A stretch of DNA of 64,000 nt, taken from contig SFIM01000001.1 in the NCBI GenBank assembly GCA_004556155.1, positions 62,949-126,948 of the forward strand. Direction: 5' to 3'. The translations under genes were made by a program, and so were the position numbers. The DNA is from Clostridiales bacterium (lineage in GTDB: Bacteria; Bacillota; Clostridia; Christensenellales; Aristaeellaceae). Under the pieces are notes generated by a model, which saw nothing but the letters and a program-made list of their open reading frames with translations, was not told the origin of the DNA and searched no databases. Below, in pieces: positions 9,038-17,494 of the stretch (the stretch's first letter is position 1; every line of letters begins with the position of its first letter).

Positions 9038-9133
9038 TTATCGATTTGATTCGCCCTGCTTTTTTTTATCAACCACAGTGAATAAACACGTTCTTGCCAA
9101 TTTGAACGTGTGCTATATTTCCTGTCAGTTTAA
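9038..9133 (+). repeat. intergenic module, copy B (upstream of the P-loop ORF)
   Basis: TTATCGATTTGATTCGCCCTGCTTTTTTTATCAACCACAGTGAATAAACACGTTCTTGCCAATTTGAACGTGTGCTATATTTCCTGTCAGTTTAAT. By eye ~80% identical to copy A apart from a 15-nt indel. Confidence 0.65.
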
Positions 9134-9155
9134 TCAGAATTTGTGGAGGATCGGT

Positions 9156-9650
9156 ATGAAAACTCTGTATTTGATTGGCGGTACAATGGGTGTTGGCAAA
9201 ACAACAATCAGCCGACAGTTGAAAAAAGACTTGCACAACAGTGTTTTTTTGGACGGTGACTGGTGTTGGGATGCCGATCCGTTTCAGCTAACGGAAGAAA
9301 CAAAAGAAATGGTCATGCGTAATATTTGCTTTCTGTTGAACAACTTTCTTCGTTGCACTGCTTACGATAACATTATTCTTTGCTGGGTCATGCATGAGCA
9401 ATACATCATCGATAGCATAATCAATGAGTTGGACACAAGCGCTTGCAGAGTCATAAAAATATCCTTGATGACGGACGAAACAAATCTGAGAAATCGGTTG
9501 TCATCCGATATCGCTCGCGGACTCCGCACTGCCGATGTCATTGACAGAAGCGTCGGAAGGATTCGTATGTATCAGCTACTTGATACCGTAAAAATTGATA
9601 CAAGCAATAAAACCGTTCGTGAAATTGCAGATGAGATTCTGAAACTTTAA
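9156..9650 (+). CDS. P-loop NTPase / small-molecule kinase-like protein (164 aa)
   Basis: GGAGGA RBS then ATG 9156. MKTLYLIGGTMGVGKTTISRQL (Walker A), LDGDWCW (Walker-B-like Asp). Size and layout match AAA_33/shikimate-kinase-like kinases. AT-rich. Confidence 0.7.
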   Translation: MKTLYLIGGTMGVGKTTISRQLKKDLHNSVFLDGDWCWDADPFQLTEETKEMVMRNICFLLNNFLRCTAYDNIILCWVMHEQYIIDSIINELDTSACRVIKISLMTDETNLRNRLSSDIARGLRTADVIDRSVGRIRMYQLLDTVKIDTSNKTVREIADEILKL

Positions 9651-9666
9651 TACTGACAAATTCCAG

Positions 9667-9760
9667 TTTATCGACTTGATTCGTCCCACTCCTTCATTCC
9701 CCATTTTTTTATCCTTAATGCCATCCGGTTTTTGACAATTGCTATCCAACGTGTTATAAT
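9667..9760 (+). repeat. intergenic module, copy C (diverged; carries the panT promoter)
   Basis: TTTATCGACTTGATTCGTCCCAC...TTTTTTTATCC...TTGACAATTGCTATCCAACGTGTTATAAT shares the 5' 20 nt, the T-run plus ATC, and the TTG(A/C)CAATTGC...AACGTGT..TATA promoter block with copies A and B. Confidence 0.55.
9732..9760 (+). promoter_or_regulatory. sigma-A promoter of panT-coaX
   Basis: TTGACA (9732-9737), 17 nt spacer, TATAAT (9755-9760), preceded by TGT (extended -10). Confidence 0.7.
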
Positions 9761-9848
9761 GCACCCGTCGATACCCGCAGGGGATCGAACAATACATCGA
9801 AAAGGAAGGTTCGTCAGGTATCCCATGGGAACCTGAACGGAAAACAGC
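9761..9848 (+). promoter_or_regulatory. structured 5' leader of panT (unclassified)
   Basis: Hairpin 1 (9769-9787): CGAT(a)CCC-GCAG-GGGATCG. Hairpin 2 (9812-9839): CGTCAGGT(a)TCC-CATG-GGAACCTGA(a)CG. An alternative CGAAC (9786-9790)/GTTCG (9809-9813) helix overlaps both. Hairpin 2 ends 9 nt before the ATG. Confidence 0.35.
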
Positions 9849-10442
9849 ATGAAAAACAGAATAACGCTCTATCGCATGACGGCTGCGGCGCTTTTGATGG
9901 CGCTGGTGTTTGTACTGGGCATGACCCCGCTGGGACTGATCCCGCTGGGCTTCATCAATGTGACCATCCTGTGCGTGCCGGTCATTACCGGCGCGCTCGT
10001 GCTGGGTGCGCGCAGCGGCCTGCTGCTGGGGCTTTGCTTTGGCACGGCCAGCACGCTGAGCATGCTGGGCATTTCTTTAACCCCGCCCTCCGCGCTGGCC
10101 TCCACGCTGTTTGCAGCCTCGCCCGCCTGCGCGCTGATCATGTGCTATGCGCCGCGCCTGCTGGTGCCCATGGCCGCGCTGGGCGTGTATAAGCTGCTGG
10201 GCAAGCATGAAAAAATCGCCATGCCCATTGCGGCGGCGGCTGGCTCCCTGACCAATACGGTGCTGTATCTGGGGTTGATGCTGCTGTTTTACGCCATGAA
10301 CGGCCTGGATTCGGCCAGGATCCTGGGCTTGATCGCCGGCACAGGGCTGATCGGCGGCGGGTGCGAGGCCATTGCCGCGGCGCTGATTGTAACGCCCGCG
10401 GTGCTGGCGCTGCGCAAAACGAAAATCGGAGCCAAAGCCTGA
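9849..10442 (+). CDS. panT: ECF-transporter S component, pantothenate-type (PanT-like)
   Basis: Six-helix 197-aa membrane protein (RMTAAALLMALVFVLGMTPLG..INVTILCVPVITGAL) directly upstream of coaX. The substrate call rests on gene context. Confidence 0.65.
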   Translation: MKNRITLYRMTAAALLMALVFVLGMTPLGLIPLGFINVTILCVPVITGALVLGARSGLLLGLCFGTASTLSMLGISLTPPSALASTLFAASPACALIMCYAPRLLVPMAALGVYKLLGKHEKIAMPIAAAAGSLTNTVLYLGLMLLFYAMNGLDSARILGLIAGTGLIGGGCEAIAAALIVTPAVLALRKTKIGAKA

Positions 10443-10469
10443 CGGGCTGCGGACGACGGAGGAACGCAC

Positions 10470-11243
10470 ATGATTTTTACGATGGATATCGGCAACACCA
10501 ACATCAAAACCGGCCTGTTCCAGGGCAAGGAGCTGGTGCGCTACTGGCGGCTTTCCACCAATCGCAGCAGCACCAGCGACGAATACGGCATGCTGGTGAC
10601 CAACCTGTTCCGCAGCGCGGGGCTGAGCCCCGACCAGGTGACGGGCATTATGCTGTCCAGCGTGGTGCCGCCGGTCAACTTTACCATCGAGCACATGTGC
10701 AACGATTACTTTGGCATCGCGCCCAAGTTTGTGGTGCCGGGCGTAAAAACGGGCATCAACATTCAGTATGATAATCCCCGCGCGCTGGGCAGCGACCGCA
10801 TTTGCAACGCGGTGGCCGTGCAGGCATTCTATGGCGCGCCGTGCATCTTCATCGATTTCGGCACGGCCACAACCTTCGGCGTGGTGGATGAAAAGGGCGC
10901 GTTTGTGGGCGGCTGCATCTGCCCCGGCATCAAGCTGGCCAGCGAGGCGCTGGTGCGCGGCACCTCCAAGCTGCCCAATTTCGAGCTGGTCAAGCCCGAC
11001 AGCGTGATCGGCAAGAATACGATCACCAACCTGCAGGCGGGCATGATTTACGGTTACGTCGGCCAGGTGGAATACCTGATTAAAAAAATGAAGCGTGAGA
11101 TTGGCCGCGACGACGCCGTGGTGGTAGCCACCGGCGGCATGGCGCGCATGATTGCCTCCGAAACCAGGGTGATCGATCAGATTGACGGCCTGCTGACCCT
11201 GAAGGGTCTGCGGCTGATTTACGAGCGCAACGCGGAGGGCTGA
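10470..11243 (+). CDS. coaX: type III pantothenate kinase
   Basis: MIFTMDIGNTNIKTGLF...GSDRICNAVA...IDFGTATTF...GGMA are the CoaX ASKHA motifs. Confidence 0.93.
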   Translation: MIFTMDIGNTNIKTGLFQGKELVRYWRLSTNRSSTSDEYGMLVTNLFRSAGLSPDQVTGIMLSSVVPPVNFTIEHMCNDYFGIAPKFVVPGVKTGINIQYDNPRALGSDRICNAVAVQAFYGAPCIFIDFGTATTFGVVDEKGAFVGGCICPGIKLASEALVRGTSKLPNFELVKPDSVIGKNTITNLQAGMIYGYVGQVEYLIKKMKREIGRDDAVVVATGGMARMIASETRVIDQIDGLLTLKGLRLIYERNAEG

Positions 11244-11247
11244 AACG

Positions 11248-12594
11248 ATGCGCGGACGGCATAAACGCATTTCTGCGGGCACGATTGTCATGACCATAGC
11301 GGCGGCAATCGTGCTCTTTTGCGCCATATGGATGATCCTGGCCATCCGCAACCCCAATGCAGACCTGAGCATGGACGCCGAGCGCCTGGTCAGCTCCATT
11401 GGCGAATTGGCGGCGGCGTCGCGTCCGCAGGCTACCGCGCAGACAATGCCCGGCCTGCCGCGCCCGACGGCTGCTCCGCAAATGTACGCGGCTCCGACAG
11501 CGCTGGCAGCACAGCCTTCCGCCGTGCCGCAGCAGCCTGCCGCAGCGCAGCCGACCCAATCGGCCAGTGATATCCGTACGCTGACGCTGACCGTCAGCGG
11601 AGAAATTGCCTTTGACAGCGATGTCATAGCCGGCACGCTCAATGCGGCGGCAGGGCAATACAATCTGTCTGAAACGCTCAGCGCTATCCAGCATGAGGCG
11701 CGCGCGGACGCGGGCATCGCCCTGATGCACAGACTGCCCAGCACGAGCGCGGCTAACGGGCGCGCGGCGGAGCAGGCGGCTGCGGCCATTCATGACGCAG
11801 GATTTCAATATGTGCTGCTGAACAGTGAAAAGGCTCTTGAAACGGGTGAAAACGGCGCAGCGCGCATGCTGTCCGCCCTGCAAAGCGCGGGCGTTACGCC
11901 GCTTGGCCTGCGCAGTGCCGCAGGGCCGAGCACGGCGAAGACCATCAGTATCCGCGGCATCTCCATCGCCGTGCTGGCCTATACCGATACCCTGTCGGCG
12001 GACAGTAAAAAGGCGGTGCCAGATGCGGCGGCGCGCGAACGCATGGTGACGGTCTTTGATGCTGATCAGGCCCGGCAGGATATTCGCGCGGCGCGCGAGA
12101 GCGGAGCCGATATCGTGCTGGTTGCCATGCATTGGGGCGGCGCAAACGATACCGCGCCTACTGCCGCGCAGCGTACGGCGGCGCAGGCATTGTGCGAGGC
12201 AGGGGCGGATATCATCATCGGCGCGCACAGCAACGCCGTGCAGCCGGTGGAGTATCTGTCCAGCGCGCAGGATACGGCGCACAGCACGCTGGTTGCCTGG
12301 TCGATGGGCACGCTGCTGAGCGCCTCCCGAGCCAACCGTGAGGTGGTATCCGGCATGCTGCTGCACCTGACGCTCACCTATGATATGCAGCGCCGGGCGC
12401 TCAGCATTGCCTCGGTTCAGTATACGCCCACCTATTGCTGGGGGCAGAAAACCGACGCGCTGTATAAATACCGCGTGCTGTGCAGCGCGGAGGAAGCGCC
12501 GAATGATATGATCCAAAAGCAGCGGGAAATCATGGGCCGCGCGCTCAAATTGATTCAGGATACCATGGCCAAGGGCGTGGCGGTGCAGCGATAA
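11248..12594 (+). CDS. CapA-family metallophosphoesterase-like membrane-anchored protein
   Basis: N-terminal TM helix, Pro/Ala/Gln-rich linker, then the PGA_cap-type domain (VAMHWGGANDTAPTAAQRTAAQALCEAGADIIIGAHSNAVQPVE). Confidence 0.8.
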   Translation: MRGRHKRISAGTIVMTIAAAIVLFCAIWMILAIRNPNADLSMDAERLVSSIGELAAASRPQATAQTMPGLPRPTAAPQMYAAPTALAAQPSAVPQQPAAAQPTQSASDIRTLTLTVSGEIAFDSDVIAGTLNAAAGQYNLSETLSAIQHEARADAGIALMHRLPSTSAANGRAAEQAAAAIHDAGFQYVLLNSEKALETGENGAARMLSALQSAGVTPLGLRSAAGPSTAKTISIRGISIAVLAYTDTLSADSKKAVPDAAARERMVTVFDADQARQDIRAARESGADIVLVAMHWGGANDTAPTAAQRTAAQALCEAGADIIIGAHSNAVQPVEYLSSAQDTAHSTLVAWSMGTLLSASRANREVVSGMLLHLTLTYDMQRRALSIASVQYTPTYCWGQKTDALYKYRVLCSAEEAPNDMIQKQREIMGRALKLIQDTMAKGVAVQR

Positions 12595-12602
12595 TAAAAA
12601 AT

Positions 12603-12632
12603 GGGCGCGGAAAGCGATTGGCTTCCGCGCCC
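12603..12632. terminator. bidirectional intrinsic terminator (capA-like / dacB convergent)
   Basis: GGGCGCGGAA (12603-12612)/TTCCGCGCCC (12623-12632), flanked by an A-run and a T-rich tract. Confidence 0.7.
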
Positions 12633-12651
12633 AGCTTGTTTAAAAATAGTT

Positions 12652-14061
12652 TTAACGATAGTAGCGCGAGATCGGCTTTACGGCCTTGCGGCGCGGTTTC
12701 TTGCTGCGGAAGCCCATCAGGCGCTTGACGCCCTTGACGACGCCCCAGATCACTGCAACCACGGCCACCAGGAACAGGAATATTTCAACCGTGAAGCGCG
12801 GGAAGGGATTGGGATCATTGAGCGTATCGGCAATCAGCTCGTCCAGCGAGGGAAAATCCAGCACGCGGCGAGACACACTGCGGGAGGCCACCAGCTCATA
12901 TTCGATGGGCTCACCCTCTTCGGGGTAGTAGGTCAGGGTGGCCATGACCTCGCCCGCCGTGATGGGCGCGACGGGATCATGTACGTATTCGATGGCGACC
13001 AGATCGTTAAAGTTGCTGGACAGGTAATCCAGGCGGGATTGCAGGGTGACGATGGTATCGTTGGTGGAATCGCTCAGCTTGTTCAGCGACAGCTCCAGCT
13101 TGCCCAGCTGCGGATCATTTAGATCGTATTTGGAAATTTCCAGCACCTTGGGGCTCATGGCGTACAGCTCGGCCACGCTGGTGCTGACATACTGGGTAAA
13201 GCCGTATTCCATCAGTTTTTTGGTATCGCTCCAGCATTTGGCATAGCTGCCGCAATTGAAAACGACGGAGATAAAGGTAACGCCATTCTTGGTGGCTGAG
13301 CCGACAAAACAGTAGCCTGCCTTGGAGGTATAGCCGGTTTTGATGCCGTTGGCGGCAGGGTAAACCGCGCTGTCGGAGCCAAACAGCTCGGCCATTTTGG
13401 AATCCAGACGGCGGGAGCCGTGCATGTTGGTGCGGGGCAGCGCATAGGTGGTGGTGGAAGCGATCTTTCGGAAGGTTTCATCCTGCATTGCTTCGCGGGC
13501 AATCAGCGCCATGTCGCGCGCCGTGGTATAGTGGTTATCGTCATGCAGGCCGCTGGGATTGACAAAATGCGTATTGGTGCAGCCAATGGAGGCTGCGTAC
13601 TGATTCATCGTTTCAGCAAAAGCGTAGATGCTGCCGCTGATGGTTTCGGCGATCACGTTGGCGCCGTCGTTACCGGATTTTACCATGGTAGCGTACAGCA
13701 GGTTTTCCAGCGGAAGCTGCTCGCCCTCGGACAGCGGAATGACGGAGGCTTTTTCTTCCAATTGCAATGCTGTCGCGCTGGTGGTGACCACATCGTCCAG
13801 GTTGCCCATCAGCAGGGCCAAATAAGTGGTTAATATCTTGGTGGTGGAAGCGGGGTACATGCGCACGTCCGCGTTCTTTTCATAGACCACCATGCCGCTG
13901 TTGACCTCAATCAGGATGGCTGCCGAAGCGCTCAGGTCGGTATCGTTGAGCTTTTCGGGATGGTTGCTGTCGTAGTCGGAGGAGGATGCCAGCGCTGCCG
14001 GGCACGCGCAAACGGCAAGCATCAGCACGGTCAGCAGCAAACAAACCAGGCGTTTGAACAT
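12652..14061 (-). CDS. dacB: D-alanyl-D-alanine carboxypeptidase (PBP5/DacB-like, S11) with C-terminal membrane anchor
   Basis: Signal peptide MFKRLVCLLLTVLMLAVCAC, ASTTK (SxxK), SGND (SxN) and IKTGYT (KTG) motifs. Start ATG 14061 after AAGGAGGAG. Confidence 0.88.
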   Translation of the reverse strand: MFKRLVCLLLTVLMLAVCACPAALASSSDYDSNHPEKLNDTDLSASAAILIEVNSGMVVYEKNADVRMYPASTTKILTTYLALLMGNLDDVVTTSATALQLEEKASVIPLSEGEQLPLENLLYATMVKSGNDGANVIAETISGSIYAFAETMNQYAASIGCTNTHFVNPSGLHDDNHYTTARDMALIAREAMQDETFRKIASTTTYALPRTNMHGSRRLDSKMAELFGSDSAVYPAANGIKTGYTSKAGYCFVGSATKNGVTFISVVFNCGSYAKCWSDTKKLMEYGFTQYVSTSVAELYAMSPKVLEISKYDLNDPQLGKLELSLNKLSDSTNDTIVTLQSRLDYLSSNFNDLVAIEYVHDPVAPITAGEVMATLTYYPEEGEPIEYELVASRSVSRRVLDFPSLDELIADTLNDPNPFPRFTVEIFLFLVAVVAVIWGVVKGVKRLMGFRSKKPRRKAVKPISRYYR

Positions 14062-14113
14062 CCGCAGGCTCCTCCTTCGAAGTAAATACCGATATAGTAT
14101 ACCATAACGGCGC

Positions 14114-14147
14114 AAAAAAGTACAGCCCTGCCGGGAAGGGGCAGGGC
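14114..14147 (-). terminator. intrinsic terminator after tmcAL
   Basis: GCCCTGCC (14125-14132)/GGCAGGGC (14140-14147). On the minus strand it is followed by TGTACTTTTTTG. Confidence 0.65.
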
Positions 14148-14161
14148 GTATCAGGCAATTT

Positions 14162-15325
14162 TTACAGAATGACGGGCTGACAGCGATACAGTGCGCCAAA
14201 GGGCTGCCCCGCGCCCAGCGCCCAAAGATCCCACGCGCGCGCGTCCAGCAATTGCTCGGGCAGCTGATCCTGCGGCTTCAGCCGCGGCAGCAGGGGGAGG
14301 TTCTTTGCGTTGCGCAACAGCGATGAACATTCTCGCTTAAAGCCCAGCAGGCAGGCATATTGCGGCAAGGGAGACAATGCCTGGGCGTGCGTATCCAACA
14401 GCGCATGGGTGAGCAGGCGGTTGACGCGCGCGTAAGGGTAGCGTTTGCTGCGGATGGCTTGCACCATGCCTTCGCGCGTCAGCGCATCCGCTCCCAGCGG
14501 CAGACGGTTTTCAAGCCCCTCTGACAGGCCGGGCAGGTGCGAAAAATCGTGCCCGCTGCGTAGCGTCCAGCGCAATAGCGCATCCAGCGCATCCGGGCGG
14601 TGCAGACGGTTCTGCGCCATCTCGCGCTGAAGGACGGCATAGGCAGCTTCCGGCATGGCGCGCCGCACGCTGGGCCAGGCATGTTGCAGGATGGCGGCGC
14701 GCACGGCAGTCGCGGAGGGCAGGGCGGTTTCGCTTTCATCGGGCAGCGTATCGGCATGATATGCGCCGCGCCGGGGGATGGGATGCAGCGCCAGCCCTGT
14801 GTTCAGCCGCAGATTGGCGCGGGCATAGCAGATGGCCAGCACGGTATTGGGCGCGGCCAGGCAATCGGGCGGCAGTCCCAGGCGCGTGGCCAGTGCTTCT
14901 CCTTGCGCGCGGGGAAAGGGCAAGCCTTGATCCAGACCTTTGCGCAGCGCTGCCTGGAATGTGCTATCGGGCGTTTCCAATAGCTGTGCGGCGGGCAGAA
15001 TGCAGTCTTCGTTGCCTGGTTCAACGCCAAAGCTCAGGCTATGAACCAATCCGGTACGCGCTAAAATGGAAACGCCGCCCAGCGCGAAGCGCTCGGCCTC
15101 GCATACGGAAAAGGATACGGGCAGCCCCAGCACGATATCCGCGCCCGCGCGCAGCGCCATTTCGGCCCGCGCATGGGGCGACAGCAGGGCGGGCATGCCG
15201 CGCTGGGTAAAGCAGCAGCTCATGACCACGACGGTCGGCTCATCCCCACTTGCCGCGCGCGCCTGCGCGATATGCCAGGCATGGCCGTTGTGCAGCGGAT
15301 CGTACTCCGCAATGATGCCGGCCAT
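14162..15325 (-). CDS. tmcAL: tRNA(Met) cytidine acetate ligase (UPF0348/YlbM family nucleotidyltransferase)
   Basis: MAGIIAEYDPLHNGHAWHI (HxGH-type motif)...MSCCFTQRG; ~390 aa, layout typical of the family. Confidence 0.8.
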   Translation of the reverse strand: MAGIIAEYDPLHNGHAWHIAQARAASGDEPTVVVMSCCFTQRGMPALLSPHARAEMALRAGADIVLGLPVSFSVCEAERFALGGVSILARTGLVHSLSFGVEPGNEDCILPAAQLLETPDSTFQAALRKGLDQGLPFPRAQGEALATRLGLPPDCLAAPNTVLAICYARANLRLNTGLALHPIPRRGAYHADTLPDESETALPSATAVRAAILQHAWPSVRRAMPEAAYAVLQREMAQNRLHRPDALDALLRWTLRSGHDFSHLPGLSEGLENRLPLGADALTREGMVQAIRSKRYPYARVNRLLTHALLDTHAQALSPLPQYACLLGFKRECSSLLRNAKNLPLLPRLKPQDQLPEQLLDARAWDLWALGAGQPFGALYRCQPVIL

Positions 15326-15327
15326 GC

Positions 15328-16251
15328 TTAGCCCAGCAGCGTGGGCGGGTAAACGCCCTGCTCATGGAGCTTAAGCAGCGATTGCTGCACCAACGGCTTA
15401 TCCTGCGGATAGGTCATGCCAAACCATACGGCGTTGGTGGACAGCACGCGCACACGCAGTTTACCTGCATGCATGAGCTGATCCATCATGCTGGGCAGCA
15501 CATATTCGCTCTTGATATCATCGGGTGCAAGGGTATGCAGAAAATCGTCAAACGCAGATTGCATATCGTCAAAGATCGTGGGCAGATATCCCCAGAAATT
15601 CATCGATACCAACGCGTCTGGCGGCAGCAGCACGCCCGCGCTGTCCGTGGCGGTATCGCGGATGGTACCGTCCGGGAACAGGGTGATCTTATAGGTTTCT
15701 TTGATGCCGGCCAGCTGCCCTTTTTTCAGCGTGCATACGCCGCGGGTGACGCTGCCGTATTCGCTGACAGTGTTCTTGAGCCGATATCCCACCATGGCGG
15801 CCTCGTTGGCAGGCAGGGCGGATAGGCAATCATGCATCACGGCGAAAGCGTCCACACCGTAATAATCATCGGCATTGATGATGGCGAAGGGCTCGTTTAC
15901 ATAGGGACGGGCGCACAGCGCGGCATGCACGGTGCCAAAGGGCTTTACGCGCCCGGCGGGCACGGCGTAGAAGCCGGGCAGGGAGGTGAAATCCTGCACG
16001 GCGTAGTGCACCTCAAGCGCGCGGCCCGATTTGGTGCGGCAGGAGCGCACCAGCTCGCCGCACAGCGCTTCAATCAGCGGCTCCATTTCCGGTTTGATAA
16101 TAAAGACAGCCTTATCAAAGCCCGCGCGCACCGCGTCGAACAGCGAGTATTCCATCAGCATTTCATGGTTGGGGCCGATGCCTTCGGTCTGCTTGTTGCC
16201 GCCGTATCGGCTGCCAAGCCCGGCGGCCATGATGACCAGGGTGGTAGACAT
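15328..16251 (-). CDS. sugar-phosphate nucleotidyltransferase
   Basis: MSTTLVIMAAGLGSRYGGNKQ (GxGxR signature), INADDYYG. Start ATG 16251 after GAGGAGGA. The upstream part of track ORF 15328-16638 is non-coding. Confidence 0.75.
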   Translation of the reverse strand: MSTTLVIMAAGLGSRYGGNKQTEGIGPNHEMLMEYSLFDAVRAGFDKAVFIIKPEMEPLIEALCGELVRSCRTKSGRALEVHYAVQDFTSLPGFYAVPAGRVKPFGTVHAALCARPYVNEPFAIINADDYYGVDAFAVMHDCLSALPANEAAMVGYRLKNTVSEYGSVTRGVCTLKKGQLAGIKETYKITLFPDGTIRDTATDSAGVLLPPDALVSMNFWGYLPTIFDDMQSAFDDFLHTLAPDDIKSEYVLPSMMDQLMHAGKLRVRVLSTNAVWFGMTYPQDKPLVQQSLLKLHEQGVYPPTLLG

Positions 16252-16342
16252 GCAAATCCTCCTCAAAGCAACGGGTTGTAAATTTGATGGATCTATTATA
16301 CAATAAAAATGCGAAATTGTAAACGAGAGCGGGGAATGATGG

Positions 16343-17479
16343 ATGGAATACGGCGTTGACCGCATTGGCCAGCATGCAGGGCTGTTGAACGGCCGCGTGG
16401 CGCTGGCCACGTCGCCCTCCGGGCGCACGTCGGGACTGCAATCTACCATCGAACGGCTGCGGGAGGTATGCAGCCTGCAATTGCTGCTTGCACCCGAGCA
16501 CGGCGTGCGCGGCGATAAGGGCGCGGGAGAAAACTTTGAAAACGCGGTGGACGGCCCCAGCGGGCTGCCCGTAGCCAGCCTGTACGGCAAGGAGGCTTCC
16601 CACCATCTGAGTGAGGAAGCCTGTGCGGCCTTTGACATCCTGGTGTATGATATCCAGGATGTGGGCGCACGCTGCTATACCTTTATTTCCACGCTGCAAA
16701 TTCTGCTGGAGGATTGCGCCCGGTACGGCAAACGGCTGATCATGCTGGATCGCCCCAATCCCTTGGGCGATATGGCGGAGGGCATGCTGCTGCGGCTCGA
16801 TACGCGCAGCTTTGTCGGCTGCTATGATATCCCCCTGCGCTACGGGCTGACCTGCGGGGAATTTGCGCTGATGGTCAATCACGAGCGGGACCTGGGGTGC
16901 GATCTGCAGGTGATTCCGTGCTTGGGGTGGAACCGGCATGCGCTGTTTCCGGAGCTGAACAAGGTGTGGGTGATGCCCAGCCTGGCCATGCCGCGCTTTG
17001 AGACGGCGCTGCTGTATCCGGGCACCTGCATGCTGGAAGGGGTCAACTGCTCCGAGGGTCGCGGCACGGCTGATCCCTTTGCTATCCTGGGTGCGCCGTA
17101 TATCGACGCGGAAACGCTGACCGCGCGGTTTAACGCCATGAAGCTGCCGGGCGTGATCGCAACGCCTCTGTATTTTACGCCCAGCGCGTCCAAATACGCA
17201 GGGGAGATGTGCGGCGGCATGCATCTGCACGTGACGGACGCGCATCGCGTGCAGCCGGTAGCATTGGGCATGCAGCTGCTGGCGCTGATCCGGGAGCTGT
17301 ATCCCAAGCATTTCAGCCTGCTGCCGCCGCTGCGGGAGGGGGACATGCCCTTCCTGTCCAAGCTGGCCGGGCATCGGCTGTTTGAAAATGCGGATTGGCC
17401 GGTGGAGGACTGGCTGGCCTGCGCCGAGCGCGAGGCTGCGGCCTTCGCCGCGCGCAAGCAGGCGTATCATCTGTATTAA
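16343..17479 (+). CDS. namZ: DUF1343 family exo-beta-N-acetylmuramidase (NamZ-like)
   Basis: LLAPEHGVRGD...DILVYDIQDVGARCYTFISTL...LDRPNPLG...VMPSLAMP...EGVNCSEGRGT are DUF1343 hallmarks. Confidence 0.85.
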   Translation: MEYGVDRIGQHAGLLNGRVALATSPSGRTSGLQSTIERLREVCSLQLLLAPEHGVRGDKGAGENFENAVDGPSGLPVASLYGKEASHHLSEEACAAFDILVYDIQDVGARCYTFISTLQILLEDCARYGKRLIMLDRPNPLGDMAEGMLLRLDTRSFVGCYDIPLRYGLTCGEFALMVNHERDLGCDLQVIPCLGWNRHALFPELNKVWVMPSLAMPRFETALLYPGTCMLEGVNCSEGRGTADPFAILGAPYIDAETLTARFNAMKLPGVIATPLYFTPSASKYAGEMCGGMHLHVTDAHRVQPVALGMQLLALIRELYPKHFSLLPPLREGDMPFLSKLAGHRLFENADWPVEDWLACAEREAAAFAARKQAYHLY

Positions 17480-17494
17480 GCAAGGAGAAGCGCA

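Noticed and set aside
8551-9760. Integron-like attC sites / cassette array
   Set aside because: No intI-type integrase is nearby. I found no R''-L''/L'-R' imperfect palindrome or GTTRRRY core in the repeats. The repeats contain promoter-like blocks, which integron cassettes normally lack. I kept it as an unclassified repeat module instead.
9761-9848. Assignment to a known riboswitch class (TPP, FMN, pan motif, etc.)
   Set aside because: None of the conserved cores I know (e.g. CUGAGA for TPP, the FMN AGGAUAGU-type core, the T-box sequence) is present. The resemblance to the pan motif rests only on bulged-A hairpins. I reported it as an unclassified leader.
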